Positions 1-8,412 of a stretch of DNA of 64,000 nucleotides are shown here, one piece after another. Every line of letters begins with the position of its first letter. Position 1 is the stretch's first letter. Under the pieces are notes generated by a model. It was not told where the DNA came from, did not search any database, and saw only the letters and a program-made list of their open reading frames with translations. Location: NCBI GenBank assembly GCA_022797145.1, contig JAAWKA010000001.1:61745-125744 (forward strand), written 5' to 3'. The position numbers and the translations under genes are program-made. This DNA is from Clostridia bacterium (GTDB taxonomy: Bacteria; Bacillota; Clostridia; TANB77; CAG-508).

Positions 1-727
1 TTGCTCTTCCAGTTATTTCAGCTTCTATTCTTTGAATTTTTAGCTGCTTTCTTATTTCTTCCATTATTTTTTCAATAAATGTTAATCTTTCTTCTCTTTT
101 TTTATCTAAACCCTCTACAATTTCTCTATAGTCTTCTGGATATAGATATTTAAAAGATAAATCTTCTAATTCCCATTTTAAAAAATACATACCTAGTCTA
201 TTAGCAAGTGGTGCATATAAGTCCATGGTCTCTTGTGCATTTTTTATTTGCCTGTCTCTTGTTAAATATTTTAGAGTTCTCATATTATGAAGTCTATCTG
301 CTAATTTAATTAAAATAACTCTAATATCTTTTCCCATAGCAAGAAACATTTTTCTATAATCTTCTACTTGCTGTTCTTTTACACTTGTATAGTCTAATTT
401 TCCTAACTTTGTAACTCCTGCTACCATTTGTGCTATTTCTTCCCCAAATTCTTTTATCATGTCTTGGTGTGTAACTTCTGTGTCTTCAACAACATCATGT
501 AATAATGCCGCACATATTGTAGCATCATCTAGTTCCATATTGGCAAGTGTGTATGCTACTTGTACTGGATGTATAATATATGGTTCCCCCGATTTTCTTT
601 TTTGTACCCCATGTTTTTCCAAAGCATAATGATATGCTTTGGAAATTAATTTTATATTACTTCTCCAGTTATTTTTTTTCATTTTTGACACAACATCATT
701 TATTGTTGCAATTACTTCTTCTTGCAT
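1..727 (-). CDS. relA: RelA/SpoT-family (p)ppGpp synthetase/hydrolase, N-terminal part (partial, runs off window start)
   Basis: Manual minus-strand translation from ATG at 727 gives MQEEVIATINDVVSKM...KAYHYALEKHGVQKRKSGEPYIIHPVQVAYTLA...AALLHDVVEDT, which is the HD hydrolase domain. The frame stays open to position 1. It is absent from the ORF track because it is open-ended. Confidence 0.85.
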   Translation of the reverse strand, partial: MQEEVIATINDVVSKMKKNNWRSNIKLISKAYHYALEKHGVQKRKSGEPYIIHPVQVAYTLANMELDDATICAALLHDVVEDTEVTHQDMIKEFGEEIAQMVAGVTKLGKLDYTSVKEQQVEDYRKMFLAMGKDIRVILIKLADRLHNMRTLKYLTRDRQIKNAQETMDLYAPLANRLGMYFLKWELEDLSFKYLYPEDYREIVEGLDKKREERLTFIEKIMEEIRKQLKIQRIEAEITGRA

Positions 728-744
728 TTTATCTCTCCATTTTT

Positions 745-2433
745 TTAAATTGATTTCATAAGATCTCTTAAGTTAATTTGTACTGTTTCTATTCCATTAA
801 AACTATTAATTTCTAAACTTCCAACTATGTCTATTTTGTCTCCTATTAAATAATCTTCTACTAAATTCCCCATATTAAAGCCTATTGCATCTATAATTAC
901 ATTATCATCTTTTAAGGTCAACTTTAGATGTTTTCCTTCTGTTAATGCTCTTATTGAATTTATTTTTAATCCTTTATATATAAATAATGGCATTTTATTT
1001 GCTTCTCCAAATGGCTCTAACTGTTTTAATTGTTTTACAATATCTGTAGTCATATCTTGTGCTGATATTTCTGTGTCTATATAAATTATTGGTAGTATTT
1101 CTGATATTTTACTTTTGTTTGCTATTTTCTCAAATTTTTGTTTAAATTCATCAAATTTTTCTTTCTTTAAAGTTAATCCTATAGCCATTCCATGTCCACC
1201 ATATTTTTCTAAACAACTACTACACTTGCATAGAGCTTTATGTAAATCAAATCCTGGTATACTTCTTCCTGAACCTTTAGCCATATCTTCCTCAAAACAA
1301 AGTAATATACTTGGTTTAAAATACATTTCTGTAATTTTTGATGCTACAATTCCAATTACTCCATGATGCCAATTTTCACTTCCTAATATAATTGCACTAT
1401 TTAATTGTTCTTTATTTTTCTCAATTTTACTTAATGCTTCTTCTACAATTTTTCTTTCTGTATCTTGTCTAATTTTATTATATTCATTTAACTTTTCTGT
1501 TAGTCTTTTAACTTCTTGTTCATCTTCTGATAAAAATATTTGTAGTGCTTCAGATGCATGTCCCATTCTTCCACATGCATTTACACGTGGCGCTATTCCA
1601 AAAGAAATTGTATTTGAGTCTATTTGTTTATATCCTGCTGCTTGTAATAAATATTTTAATCCTAAATTTTTAGTTACATTTACTAATTTTAAACCTAATT
1701 TTGCTATTACTCTATTTTCATCAACTAATGGTACAATATCTGAAATTGTTCCTATACATACTAAGTCTAAATATTGTAAATATTCTTTTTCTTCTAAATT
1801 TAGTTTTATTCCTATTGCTTGTATTAATTTAAAAACAACCCCTACTCCTGCTAATTGGTTAAATGGATATTCGCTATCTTTTCTTTTGGGATTAATTACT
1901 GCTAATGCAGCTGGCAAAGTTTCCAAAGTTTCATGATGATCTGTTATAATTGTTTCTATTCCTAAATCATTTGCAAATTCCACTTCTTCTATACCAGAAA
2001 TGCCACAATCAACTGTTATCATCAATGTATAACCCTCTTGTGAAATTTCCTTAATTGTTTCAATGTTTAATCCATATCCTTCTTCTAAACGATTTGGAAT
2101 ATATTGTGAAACATTTGCTCCCCTTTTACTTAAAAATTTTTTTAGTACAGATGTACTTGTAATTCCATCTACGTCATAATCTCCATATATAAGTATTTTT
2201 TCATTTTTTTGTATTGCTTTTATAATTCTTTCTACAGCTTTCTCCATATCTGGTAATAAAAATGGATTATAAAAATCTTCTCGTGTAGGTTCCAAAAAAA
2301 TTTTTATATCTTTTTCATTTATAATACCTCTATTAACTAAAATAGTAGCTATTAATTTATTTATTTTAAATTTATTACATATATTATCTATTTTTTCTGC
2401 ATTTGTATTACAAAGTTCCCATTTTTTATTCAT
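745..2433 (-). CDS. recJ: single-stranded-DNA-specific exonuclease RecJ
   Basis: 562-aa ORF with DHH-family motifs DYDVDGITS, TVDCG and ITDHHE, plus DHHA1 motif GGHGMAIG. Confidence 0.9.
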   Translation of the reverse strand: MNKKWELCNTNAEKIDNICNKFKINKLIATILVNRGIINEKDIKIFLEPTREDFYNPFLLPDMEKAVERIIKAIQKNEKILIYGDYDVDGITSTSVLKKFLSKRGANVSQYIPNRLEEGYGLNIETIKEISQEGYTLMITVDCGISGIEEVEFANDLGIETIITDHHETLETLPAALAVINPKRKDSEYPFNQLAGVGVVFKLIQAIGIKLNLEEKEYLQYLDLVCIGTISDIVPLVDENRVIAKLGLKLVNVTKNLGLKYLLQAAGYKQIDSNTISFGIAPRVNACGRMGHASEALQIFLSEDEQEVKRLTEKLNEYNKIRQDTERKIVEEALSKIEKNKEQLNSAIILGSENWHHGVIGIVASKITEMYFKPSILLCFEEDMAKGSGRSIPGFDLHKALCKCSSCLEKYGGHGMAIGLTLKKEKFDEFKQKFEKIANKSKISEILPIIYIDTEISAQDMTTDIVKQLKQLEPFGEANKMPLFIYKGLKINSIRALTEGKHLKLTLKDDNVIIDAIGFNMGNLVEDYLIGDKIDIVGSLEINSFNGIETVQINLRDLMKSI

Positions 2434-2547
2434 TTTAATACTCTCTTTCTTAAATCATAAATTTATTTAATTATTGTATACTATTTTTTATCATTTTTAA
2501 AGAGCTTTTTTAAAAAATGTCCAAAAGAAAAACTTTCTTTTGAACAT

Positions 2548-4434
2548 TTACATTTTAAATATCCTCATTGAATTTAATACTGTAAGAAATGTAACTCCTG
2601 TATCAGCTAATATTGCTGACCATATTGGTGCTTTTCCCATTGCTCCCAATATTAAAACTAGTATTTTTATTGTTAGAGAAAATATTATATTAAACTTTAT
2701 AATATTCATACTTCTTTTAGAAATTTTTATTATCTCTGGTAATATAGATATATTATTGGAAAGCAGTATACCATCTGCTGTACTAGCTGCTATTTGTGAA
2801 CCTTCTCCCATTGCTATTCCAAAGTCACTTGCTGCTAGTACTGGACTATCATTTATTCCATCTCCTACAAATATTACCTTCTCTCCTTTTTCTTTTATTT
2901 TTGTTATCTCTTCTAATTTATCTTGTGGTAATAATTCTGCTTTTATTCTTTTTATTTTTAATTGTTTTTTTATTTTTTCTGCACTCTTTTTATTATCTCC
3001 TGTAAGCATTATTATATTTTTTATTCCTATTTTCTCTAACTGTTCTATTAATTCTTTTGTTTTAGTTCTTATTTGCTCTTTTAATGTTATATATCCAGCA
3101 ATTTTCCCTTCTATTGCCATATATATTGCATCTTCTGGAATTTCATCTTCCTTTTTTACTTTATATTTGTTCAATAATCTTAAATTTCCAAATACCACTT
3201 CTTTTTCTTCTATTTTTCCATAAATTCCATGTCCTGCTATCTCTTTATACTCTGTTATTTTTAACATATCTAAATTAACTGTATATTTTTCTATTGCTGT
3301 TGATATAGGATGATTTGACATTTTTTCTAGACTATACATATATTTTAATATTTCTTCTTTTGTATACGGTGAAAATGCTACTAATTCATTTATCTCCATT
3401 TTTCCTGTTGTTAGTGTACCTGTTTTGTCAAATGCTATTGTTGTAGTTTTTGATATATTTTCTATATGTTTTGTCCCTTTTATTATAATTCCTTTTTTTG
3501 ATATTGCTCCTACACATGAAAAAAATGATAATGGAACTGCTATTACTAAACTACATGGGCATGAAGCCACTAAAAATATTAATCCTCTTGTTATCCAAGT
3601 TTTATAGTCTAGTATTCCAAGACTTGCTGGTAATATTGCTAATATTATTGCTAATATTATTACAGTTGGAGTATATGTTTTTGAAAATTTAGTTATAAAT
3701 TTTTCTGTATTTCCCTTATTATTTTTGGCTTCATATACTAAATTTATTATTTGTGATGCTGTTGAATTTTTGGAATCTCTTATTACTTTGCATGTTAATA
3801 CTCCTGTCAGATTTATACCTCCAGATAATATTTCTGTATTTCTTTCTACATATTGTTGTTTGCTTTCTCCTGTTATTGCAGAAGTGTCTATATTTGATGA
3901 TCCTGATATGATGAGTGCATCTACTGGTATCTTTTCTCCTGGCTTTATTAATATTATATCTCCTACCTGTATTTCTTCAACATCTATTTTTTCTATTTCA
4001 TTATTTTTATTTATTTTATTTGCTATATTGGCTTTTATTTTTAGTATCTCTTTCATACTTTTTTGAGATTTATCTACTGCTCTATCCTCCAAAAATTCTC
4101 CCAGTCTATATAAAATTACAACCATACTACTTTCTATATATTCTCCTAAACAAAATGCTGCAAGTACAGCTATTGTCATAAGTGTATCTTCCTCAAAATT
4201 AAGTCTAAGAATATTTTTTATTCCAGATGCTAATAGCTTATACCCTGAAAATATTACTGATATTCCAATTAAAAATGTCTGTATTATTCTTTCTTGTATG
4301 ATAAATGACACTGCAAGCAATACTATTGCTATTATATATAAAGTTATTCCTAGTCTATTATTTTCTTTTTTTTCTTCAGTATGCATATGTTCTATCTTAC
4401 ATCCTTCATGTTCATGACAGTGTTTACAACCCAT
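2548..4434 (-). CDS. cadA: heavy-metal (Cd/Zn/Co-type) translocating P1B-type ATPase
   Basis: CPC motif (ASCPCSLV), DKTGTLT phosphorylation site, GDGINDSP hinge and a His/Cys-rich N-terminus MGCKHCHEHEGCKIEHMH. The start codon abuts the stop of the upstream ArsR-type gene. Confidence 0.9.
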   Translation of the reverse strand: MGCKHCHEHEGCKIEHMHTEEKKENNRLGITLYIIAIVLLAVSFIIQERIIQTFLIGISVIFSGYKLLASGIKNILRLNFEEDTLMTIAVLAAFCLGEYIESSMVVILYRLGEFLEDRAVDKSQKSMKEILKIKANIANKINKNNEIEKIDVEEIQVGDIILIKPGEKIPVDALIISGSSNIDTSAITGESKQQYVERNTEILSGGINLTGVLTCKVIRDSKNSTASQIINLVYEAKNNKGNTEKFITKFSKTYTPTVIILAIILAILPASLGILDYKTWITRGLIFLVASCPCSLVIAVPLSFFSCVGAISKKGIIIKGTKHIENISKTTTIAFDKTGTLTTGKMEINELVAFSPYTKEEILKYMYSLEKMSNHPISTAIEKYTVNLDMLKITEYKEIAGHGIYGKIEEKEVVFGNLRLLNKYKVKKEDEIPEDAIYMAIEGKIAGYITLKEQIRTKTKELIEQLEKIGIKNIIMLTGDNKKSAEKIKKQLKIKRIKAELLPQDKLEEITKIKEKGEKVIFVGDGINDSPVLAASDFGIAMGEGSQIAASTADGILLSNNISILPEIIKISKRSMNIIKFNIIFSLTIKILVLILGAMGKAPIWSAILADTGVTFLTVLNSMRIFKM

Positions 4435-4806
4435 TTACTTTTCCTCCTCTTGTATATGTTCTAAACTTAAATTTATTATTTTTTCTATATGTTCATCTTT
4501 TAAACTGTAAAAAATTTGTTTACCTTCTCTTCTATACTTTACAAGTTTAGCATTTCTTAAGAGTTGTAATTGATGTGATACTGTAGATTGATTTAAGTTT
4601 AACAACTCACACAAATCACATACACATAATTCTGTGTTTAATATACCATATATTATTCTAAGTCTTGTATTATCTGCAAATATTTTAAAAATATTTGATA
4701 ATTCCTCTATTTGTTTTATGCTTAATTCTTGTTTTTTTACCTTTTTTATTTCTTTAATATGTGGACATTTTTCACTACATATTAGTTCTACTTCTTTTTT
4801 ATTCAT
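4435..4806 (-). CDS. cadC: ArsR/SmtB-family metalloregulator (CadC-like)
   Basis: 123 aa with metal-site ELCVCDLCELL, recognition helix QSTVSHQLQLLR and N-terminal Cys pair CSEKCPH. Translationally coupled to the ATPase gene. Confidence 0.85.
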   Translation of the reverse strand: MNKKEVELICSEKCPHIKEIKKVKKQELSIKQIEELSNIFKIFADNTRLRIIYGILNTELCVCDLCELLNLNQSTVSHQLQLLRNAKLVKYRREGKQIFYSLKDEHIEKIINLSLEHIQEEEK

Positions 4807-4822
4807 TTTACTTAAGCTCCTT

Positions 4823-4840
4823 TCATATATTAATATATGA
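4823..4840. promoter_or_regulatory. 18-bp perfect palindrome TCATATATTAATATATGA, candidate CadC operator
   Basis: The sequence equals its own reverse complement. It sits 17 nt upstream of the cadC ATG, just 5' of the AAGGAGC Shine-Dalgarno. Confidence 0.45.
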
Positions 4841-4882
4841 TTATATGTTCATATGTAAATATATTAATATATATTATATAAC

Positions 4883-4911
4883 TTGTCAATATTATATATT
4901 TTTTTTATAAT
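4883..4911 (+). promoter_or_regulatory. sigma-A-type promoter candidate TTGTCA-17 nt-TATAAT
   Basis: -35 at 4883-4888 and -10 at 4906-4911, 55 nt upstream of the DUF1653 start. AT-rich background makes false positives likely. Confidence 0.35.
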
Positions 4912-4965
4912 ATATTGTACATGAAAAAGTATTTTAAATTTAAAAAAATTTGGAGGTATAATAAA

Positions 4966-5211
4966 ATGAGAGAAGTAAAGATTAATGGTATTTATAAACA
5001 TTTTAAAGGAGATTATTATTTGATTGTTGATATTGCTAATCATTCAGAAACTAAAGAACAATATGTAGTATACAGAAGATTATATGGAGATGGAAGTCTA
5101 TGGATTAGAGCTATAGATATGTTTTTAAGTGAAGTAGATCATGAGAAATATCCAAATGCTAATCAGAAATACAGATTTGAATTACAAGATATAAAGAGTG
5201 TTGCAAAATAG
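4966..5211 (+). CDS. DUF1653-family small protein
   Basis: Start moved to the ATG at 4966, preceded by TGGAGGT. Sequence YKHFKGDYYLIVDIANHSETKEQYVVYRRLYGDGSLWIRAIDMF matches the DUF1653 pattern. Confidence 0.7.
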   Translation: MREVKINGIYKHFKGDYYLIVDIANHSETKEQYVVYRRLYGDGSLWIRAIDMFLSEVDHEKYPNANQKYRFELQDIKSVAK

Positions 5212-5234
5212 TAAATTCTTACCTATCTCTTTTT

Positions 5235-5287
5235 AAATGAAGAATAATCAATATTTTTAGTTAAAAAATATTGATTATTTTTCATTT
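5235..5287. terminator. long near-perfect hairpin (24-nt arms, one mismatch), bidirectional terminator candidate
   Basis: aaatgaagaataatcaatattttt / agtt / aaaaatattgattatttttcattt, between convergent genes ending at 5211 (+) and 5326 (-). Confidence 0.55.
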
Positions 5288-5325
5288 AAAAAATATTCTA
5301 TTACTTATATATTATGTTATAAACT

Positions 5326-6060
5326 TTATTTTCCTATAAAAATTTGAACATATATTTTCCCATATTTATGACTTTTAGCTATTCCTATCCCAGTATAATT
5401 AAAACTATTAGTTAGTATGTTTTTTTTATGTCCTTCTGAATTCATCCATGCTGTAACTGCTGCTGTATTGCTTGAATTTCCTGCTATATTTTCTCCTGCT
5501 GTTTTATATGATATTTTGAAGTTTTTTAACATATCAAATGGCGAGCCATATGTTGGTGATGTATGTGAAAAGTAATTATTGTCTACCATGTCTTGTGCTT
5601 TTATTTTAGCAACTTTTTGTACTTCTGGATCTATTTGCAATACATTTAACCCATTTTTAGTTCTTTGTTCATTAATTAAATTTAATATTTCTTCTTCATC
5701 ATTTTGTAATGTATTTTCTATATTATTATTTTGAGTATTATTATTTTGATATATTGGTTTTACATATTTCTTATTAACTGCTCCAACATAGTCTTGCTCT
5801 GTTTGAATTATATACCAGTCTCCAACTCCTGCAAATACTCTTATATATTCATTTTTATTTACTGTTGTTATAATTCCATATTTAGTACTTGGTCCACTTC
5901 TTACATTTAGTTTTGATGCTGTAACAAGTCCTGTTGAAAAATCTATTTTGTAATAATGTTGCATTCCATAACTGGAATTAAAAAATGAAAAAATAAGTAT
6001 TATACACATGATCATAAAACTAATTAATATTTTTCTTTTTGTAAGATATATTACTTTCAT
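5326..6060 (-). CDS. secreted SH3b + CAP/SCP (YkwD-like) domain protein
   Basis: N-terminal signal/TM, SH3b-like VRSGPSTKYGIITTVNKNEYIRVFAGVGDWYIIQ, and CAP block YFSHTSPTYGSPFDML...GENIAG...WMNSEGHKKNIL. Confidence 0.8.
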   Translation of the reverse strand: MKVIYLTKRKILISFMIMCIILIFSFFNSSYGMQHYYKIDFSTGLVTASKLNVRSGPSTKYGIITTVNKNEYIRVFAGVGDWYIIQTEQDYVGAVNKKYVKPIYQNNNTQNNNIENTLQNDEEEILNLINEQRTKNGLNVLQIDPEVQKVAKIKAQDMVDNNYFSHTSPTYGSPFDMLKNFKISYKTAGENIAGNSSNTAAVTAWMNSEGHKKNILTNSFNYTGIGIAKSHKYGKIYVQIFIGK

Positions 6061-6169
6061 TATGCTTCCTCCTTTATTTAATTAATTTTATACTCATTAC
6101 ATGTACATTATTCGCACATGAAAAATAAAAATATCATTATACAATTATATAACGATATTTTTATTTTTA

Positions 6170-6496
6170 TTATTCATCATCTATAAAGTTAAATTCATCT
6201 TTAAACTTTTCTTTAAATATTTTGAATACTTGATTTAATACTTCTTCATCATCAACACTTACATATGATTCTTCTTCTTCATTTTCTGAGTCCTCTACTT
6301 TTAATATTACTACTTCCCCTTCATCATCTTCTTCATTTTCTTCTATTGGTAATAATACTACATATTCCTCATTTTCTAATTCAATTAAATCTAAAAACTC
6401 AAATTTAACCTCTTCTCCATTTTCATCATTTAAAACTATAATATTATCTAATTCTTCTGGTACATTATTTTCATCCATATTACTTTCTCCTTCCAT
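6170..6496 (-). CDS. DUF1292-family acidic protein
   Basis: IVLNDENGEEVKFEFLDLIELENEEYVVLLP pattern. Located downstream of ruvX, as in the conserved Firmicute IreB-ruvX-DUF1292 cluster. Confidence 0.75.
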   Translation of the reverse strand: MEGESNMDENNVPEELDNIIVLNDENGEEVKFEFLDLIELENEEYVVLLPIEENEEDDEGEVVILKVEDSENEEEESYVSVDDEEVLNQVFKIFKEKFKDEFNFIDDE

Positions 6497-6563
6497 ATTT
6501 TATATTAAATTATATTTGTATAATATTGATATCTCTATTTTGTATTATTTACATTTTCTTTTA

Positions 6564-6995
6564 TCATATACTTTTTATATTAGAATCTTTATTCAAGTAC
6601 ATTTCTAATATGTATACTGCTGAAATAGTATCCACAATATTTTTCTTCTTCTTTTTATCTATATTTAAAAAATTCATTGTTTTATGTGCTGCTACTGTTG
6701 TTAGTCTTTCATCTATAGTTTCTATTTCTATATTATTAAATTTGCATTTAAGCTTATGTATAAATTTATTAGTAATTTCAACTCTTTTAGATGATGTACC
6801 ATTCATATTATATGGCATTCCTACAACAATTATTGTAATTTCATATTTTTCTATAATTTGTTCTAGCCTTTGCAATACTATTTTGTCATTTCCATTATGG
6901 TGAATAGTTTCTAATCCTTGTGCTGTTATTCCTAATGGGTCTGATAGTGAAAGTCCCACTCTACTATCTCCATAATCAATTCCTAATATACGCAT
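6564..6995 (-). CDS. ruvX: putative pre-16S rRNA nuclease / Holliday-junction resolvase-like YqgF
   Basis: MRILGIDYGDSRVGLSLSD N-terminus and RNase H-like YqgF pattern, 143 aa. Confidence 0.85.
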   Translation of the reverse strand: MRILGIDYGDSRVGLSLSDPLGITAQGLETIHHNGNDKIVLQRLEQIIEKYEITIIVVGMPYNMNGTSSKRVEITNKFIHKLKCKFNNIEIETIDERLTTVAAHKTMNFLNIDKKKKKNIVDTISAVYILEMYLNKDSNIKSI

Positions 6996-6996
6996 T

Positions 6997-7251
6997 TTAA
7001 TCTTCTATCCCTATATAATATTTTACTACTTTTTCTAATAATTCATCTCTTTCTATTAATCTAATCATATTTCTTGCATCTTTATAGCTTGTAATATATG
7101 TTGGATCTCCTGATAATATATATCCTACAATTTGATTAACAGGATTATATCCTTTTTCTGCTAGTGCTTGATAAACTGTTTTTAATATCTCTTTTGCTTT
7201 TATGTTTTTGTCTTTTTCTACTGTAAAATTCATTGTTTTATCCATATCCAT
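6997..7251 (-). CDS. IreB-family regulatory phosphoprotein (UPF0297)
   Basis: 84 aa with [38 protein letters not shown], characteristic of UPF0297/IreB. Confidence 0.8.
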   Translation of the reverse strand: MDMDKTMNFTVEKDKNIKAKEILKTVYQALAEKGYNPVNQIVGYILSGDPTYITSYKDARNMIRLIERDELLEKVVKYYIGIED

Positions 7252-7270
7252 GACAAAATACCTCCTAATT

Positions 7271-8374
7271 TTAAATGTTGTTTATATCATTTTCTTTTTT
7301 ATCTGCATTATCTAAATATTCTTCTAATTTTTTTGTTACACTTTCTAATCCTGTTCCTTTATAGTAGGTAGTTAAAACAAAATTTAATCTTGGTTTTACA
7401 TATCTTATTTTTTCTTTTTTGGTTTCTGTTTTATTATCTAAAACAATCTCTTCTATTTCTATATTTTCAATATTTTGCTTTAAATCTTGTACAAATTCTG
7501 CAACTCCTTGTATATCTACTCCTGAAAATACAATAACAAATTTAGCCCCCATATATCTTACAAATACATATTCTTCTGATATATTGTCTTTTATATATTT
7601 AGTAATTTGTGTTATAGTTTCATTTCCAGTCTTACGACTATATTCTTCATTTATTTGCTCTAAATTTGTTATTTTAAACATACATACTGTAGAAGTTGTA
7701 TATTTATCAATAATTTTTTTACCTTTTCCATATAAGTGTTCAGCTGATTTAAGTTGTGAAAACAGATCTTCTCTTTCTATATTTTCTATAGTATTTTGAT
7801 ATGATACAGTTTTGTATACTGAAATAATATTTTCTTTTACTACTTCTAGTATAGTTGTATCTATTGTATCAAATGCATTTGGTAGTCCACTTTCTATAAT
7901 CCAATATCCTATATATACATTATCTATATATAATGGGAAAAACATTGCTGATTTTGCTCTACCAAATTCCATTGTCTGGTATGGTAATCTTTCTTTATCA
8001 TCATTTACAGTAACATATTTAGGTGTTGCTGTTGCAATACTGTCTTTAAATATTTCTTGATCATGTAAGTTCCTTAAAGCTTCCCAATGCTTGTCTTGTA
8101 CATTAGATGCTTTTATTACATATTCTGAACCATTAAACATAACAATAGTAGAATATTTTATGTTATATTTTTCTATTAATATTTCATTAATCTTTTCTAT
8201 TTTTTCATCAACAGATGAATATTCTCCTATTGTATTCATAAAATCTTGCAATACATTAAGACTTGCAATTTTTTGATTTATATTTTTAAAATTTTGAATT
8301 TTTTTATATACTACTACATTATATATCATTAATGCTATTATAATAGTCACTAATATTACTAATAATGTTGCCAC
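7271..8374 (-). CDS. membrane-anchored sensor-like protein with degenerate (inactive-looking) GGDEF domain
   Basis: One N-terminal TM. The C-terminal GGDEF-fold pattern [23 protein letters not shown]...[12 protein letters not shown] has MGAKF in place of GGDEF. Confidence 0.55.
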   Translation of the reverse strand: MATLLVILVTIIIALMIYNVVVYKKIQNFKNINQKIASLNVLQDFMNTIGEYSSVDEKIEKINEILIEKYNIKYSTIVMFNGSEYVIKASNVQDKHWEALRNLHDQEIFKDSIATATPKYVTVNDDKERLPYQTMEFGRAKSAMFFPLYIDNVYIGYWIIESGLPNAFDTIDTTILEVVKENIISVYKTVSYQNTIENIEREDLFSQLKSAEHLYGKGKKIIDKYTTSTVCMFKITNLEQINEEYSRKTGNETITQITKYIKDNISEEYVFVRYMGAKFVIVFSGVDIQGVAEFVQDLKQNIENIEIEEIVLDNKTETKKEKIRYVKPRLNFVLTTYYKGTGLESVTKKLEEYLDNADKKENDINNI

Positions 8375-8412
8375 ACTATCACCTCAATTATTTTCTTGCT
8401 AGATTTATTATT

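Noticed and set aside
2540-4550. Several plus-strand ORFs (2540-3223, 2796-3005, 3084-3278, 3425-3607, 3498-3692, 3725-4066, 3915-4181, 4305-4550) opposite the cadA gene. Similar ones lie opposite polA, ftsH, VanW, the PBP and others (for example 26171-26737, 29649-30209, 32852-33544).
   Set aside because: Their translations are Leu/Phe/Ile/Ser-rich low-complexity strings, typical of the antisense frame of AT-rich genes. None has an SD or any recognisable motif, and each overlaps a gene with clear motifs on the other strand.
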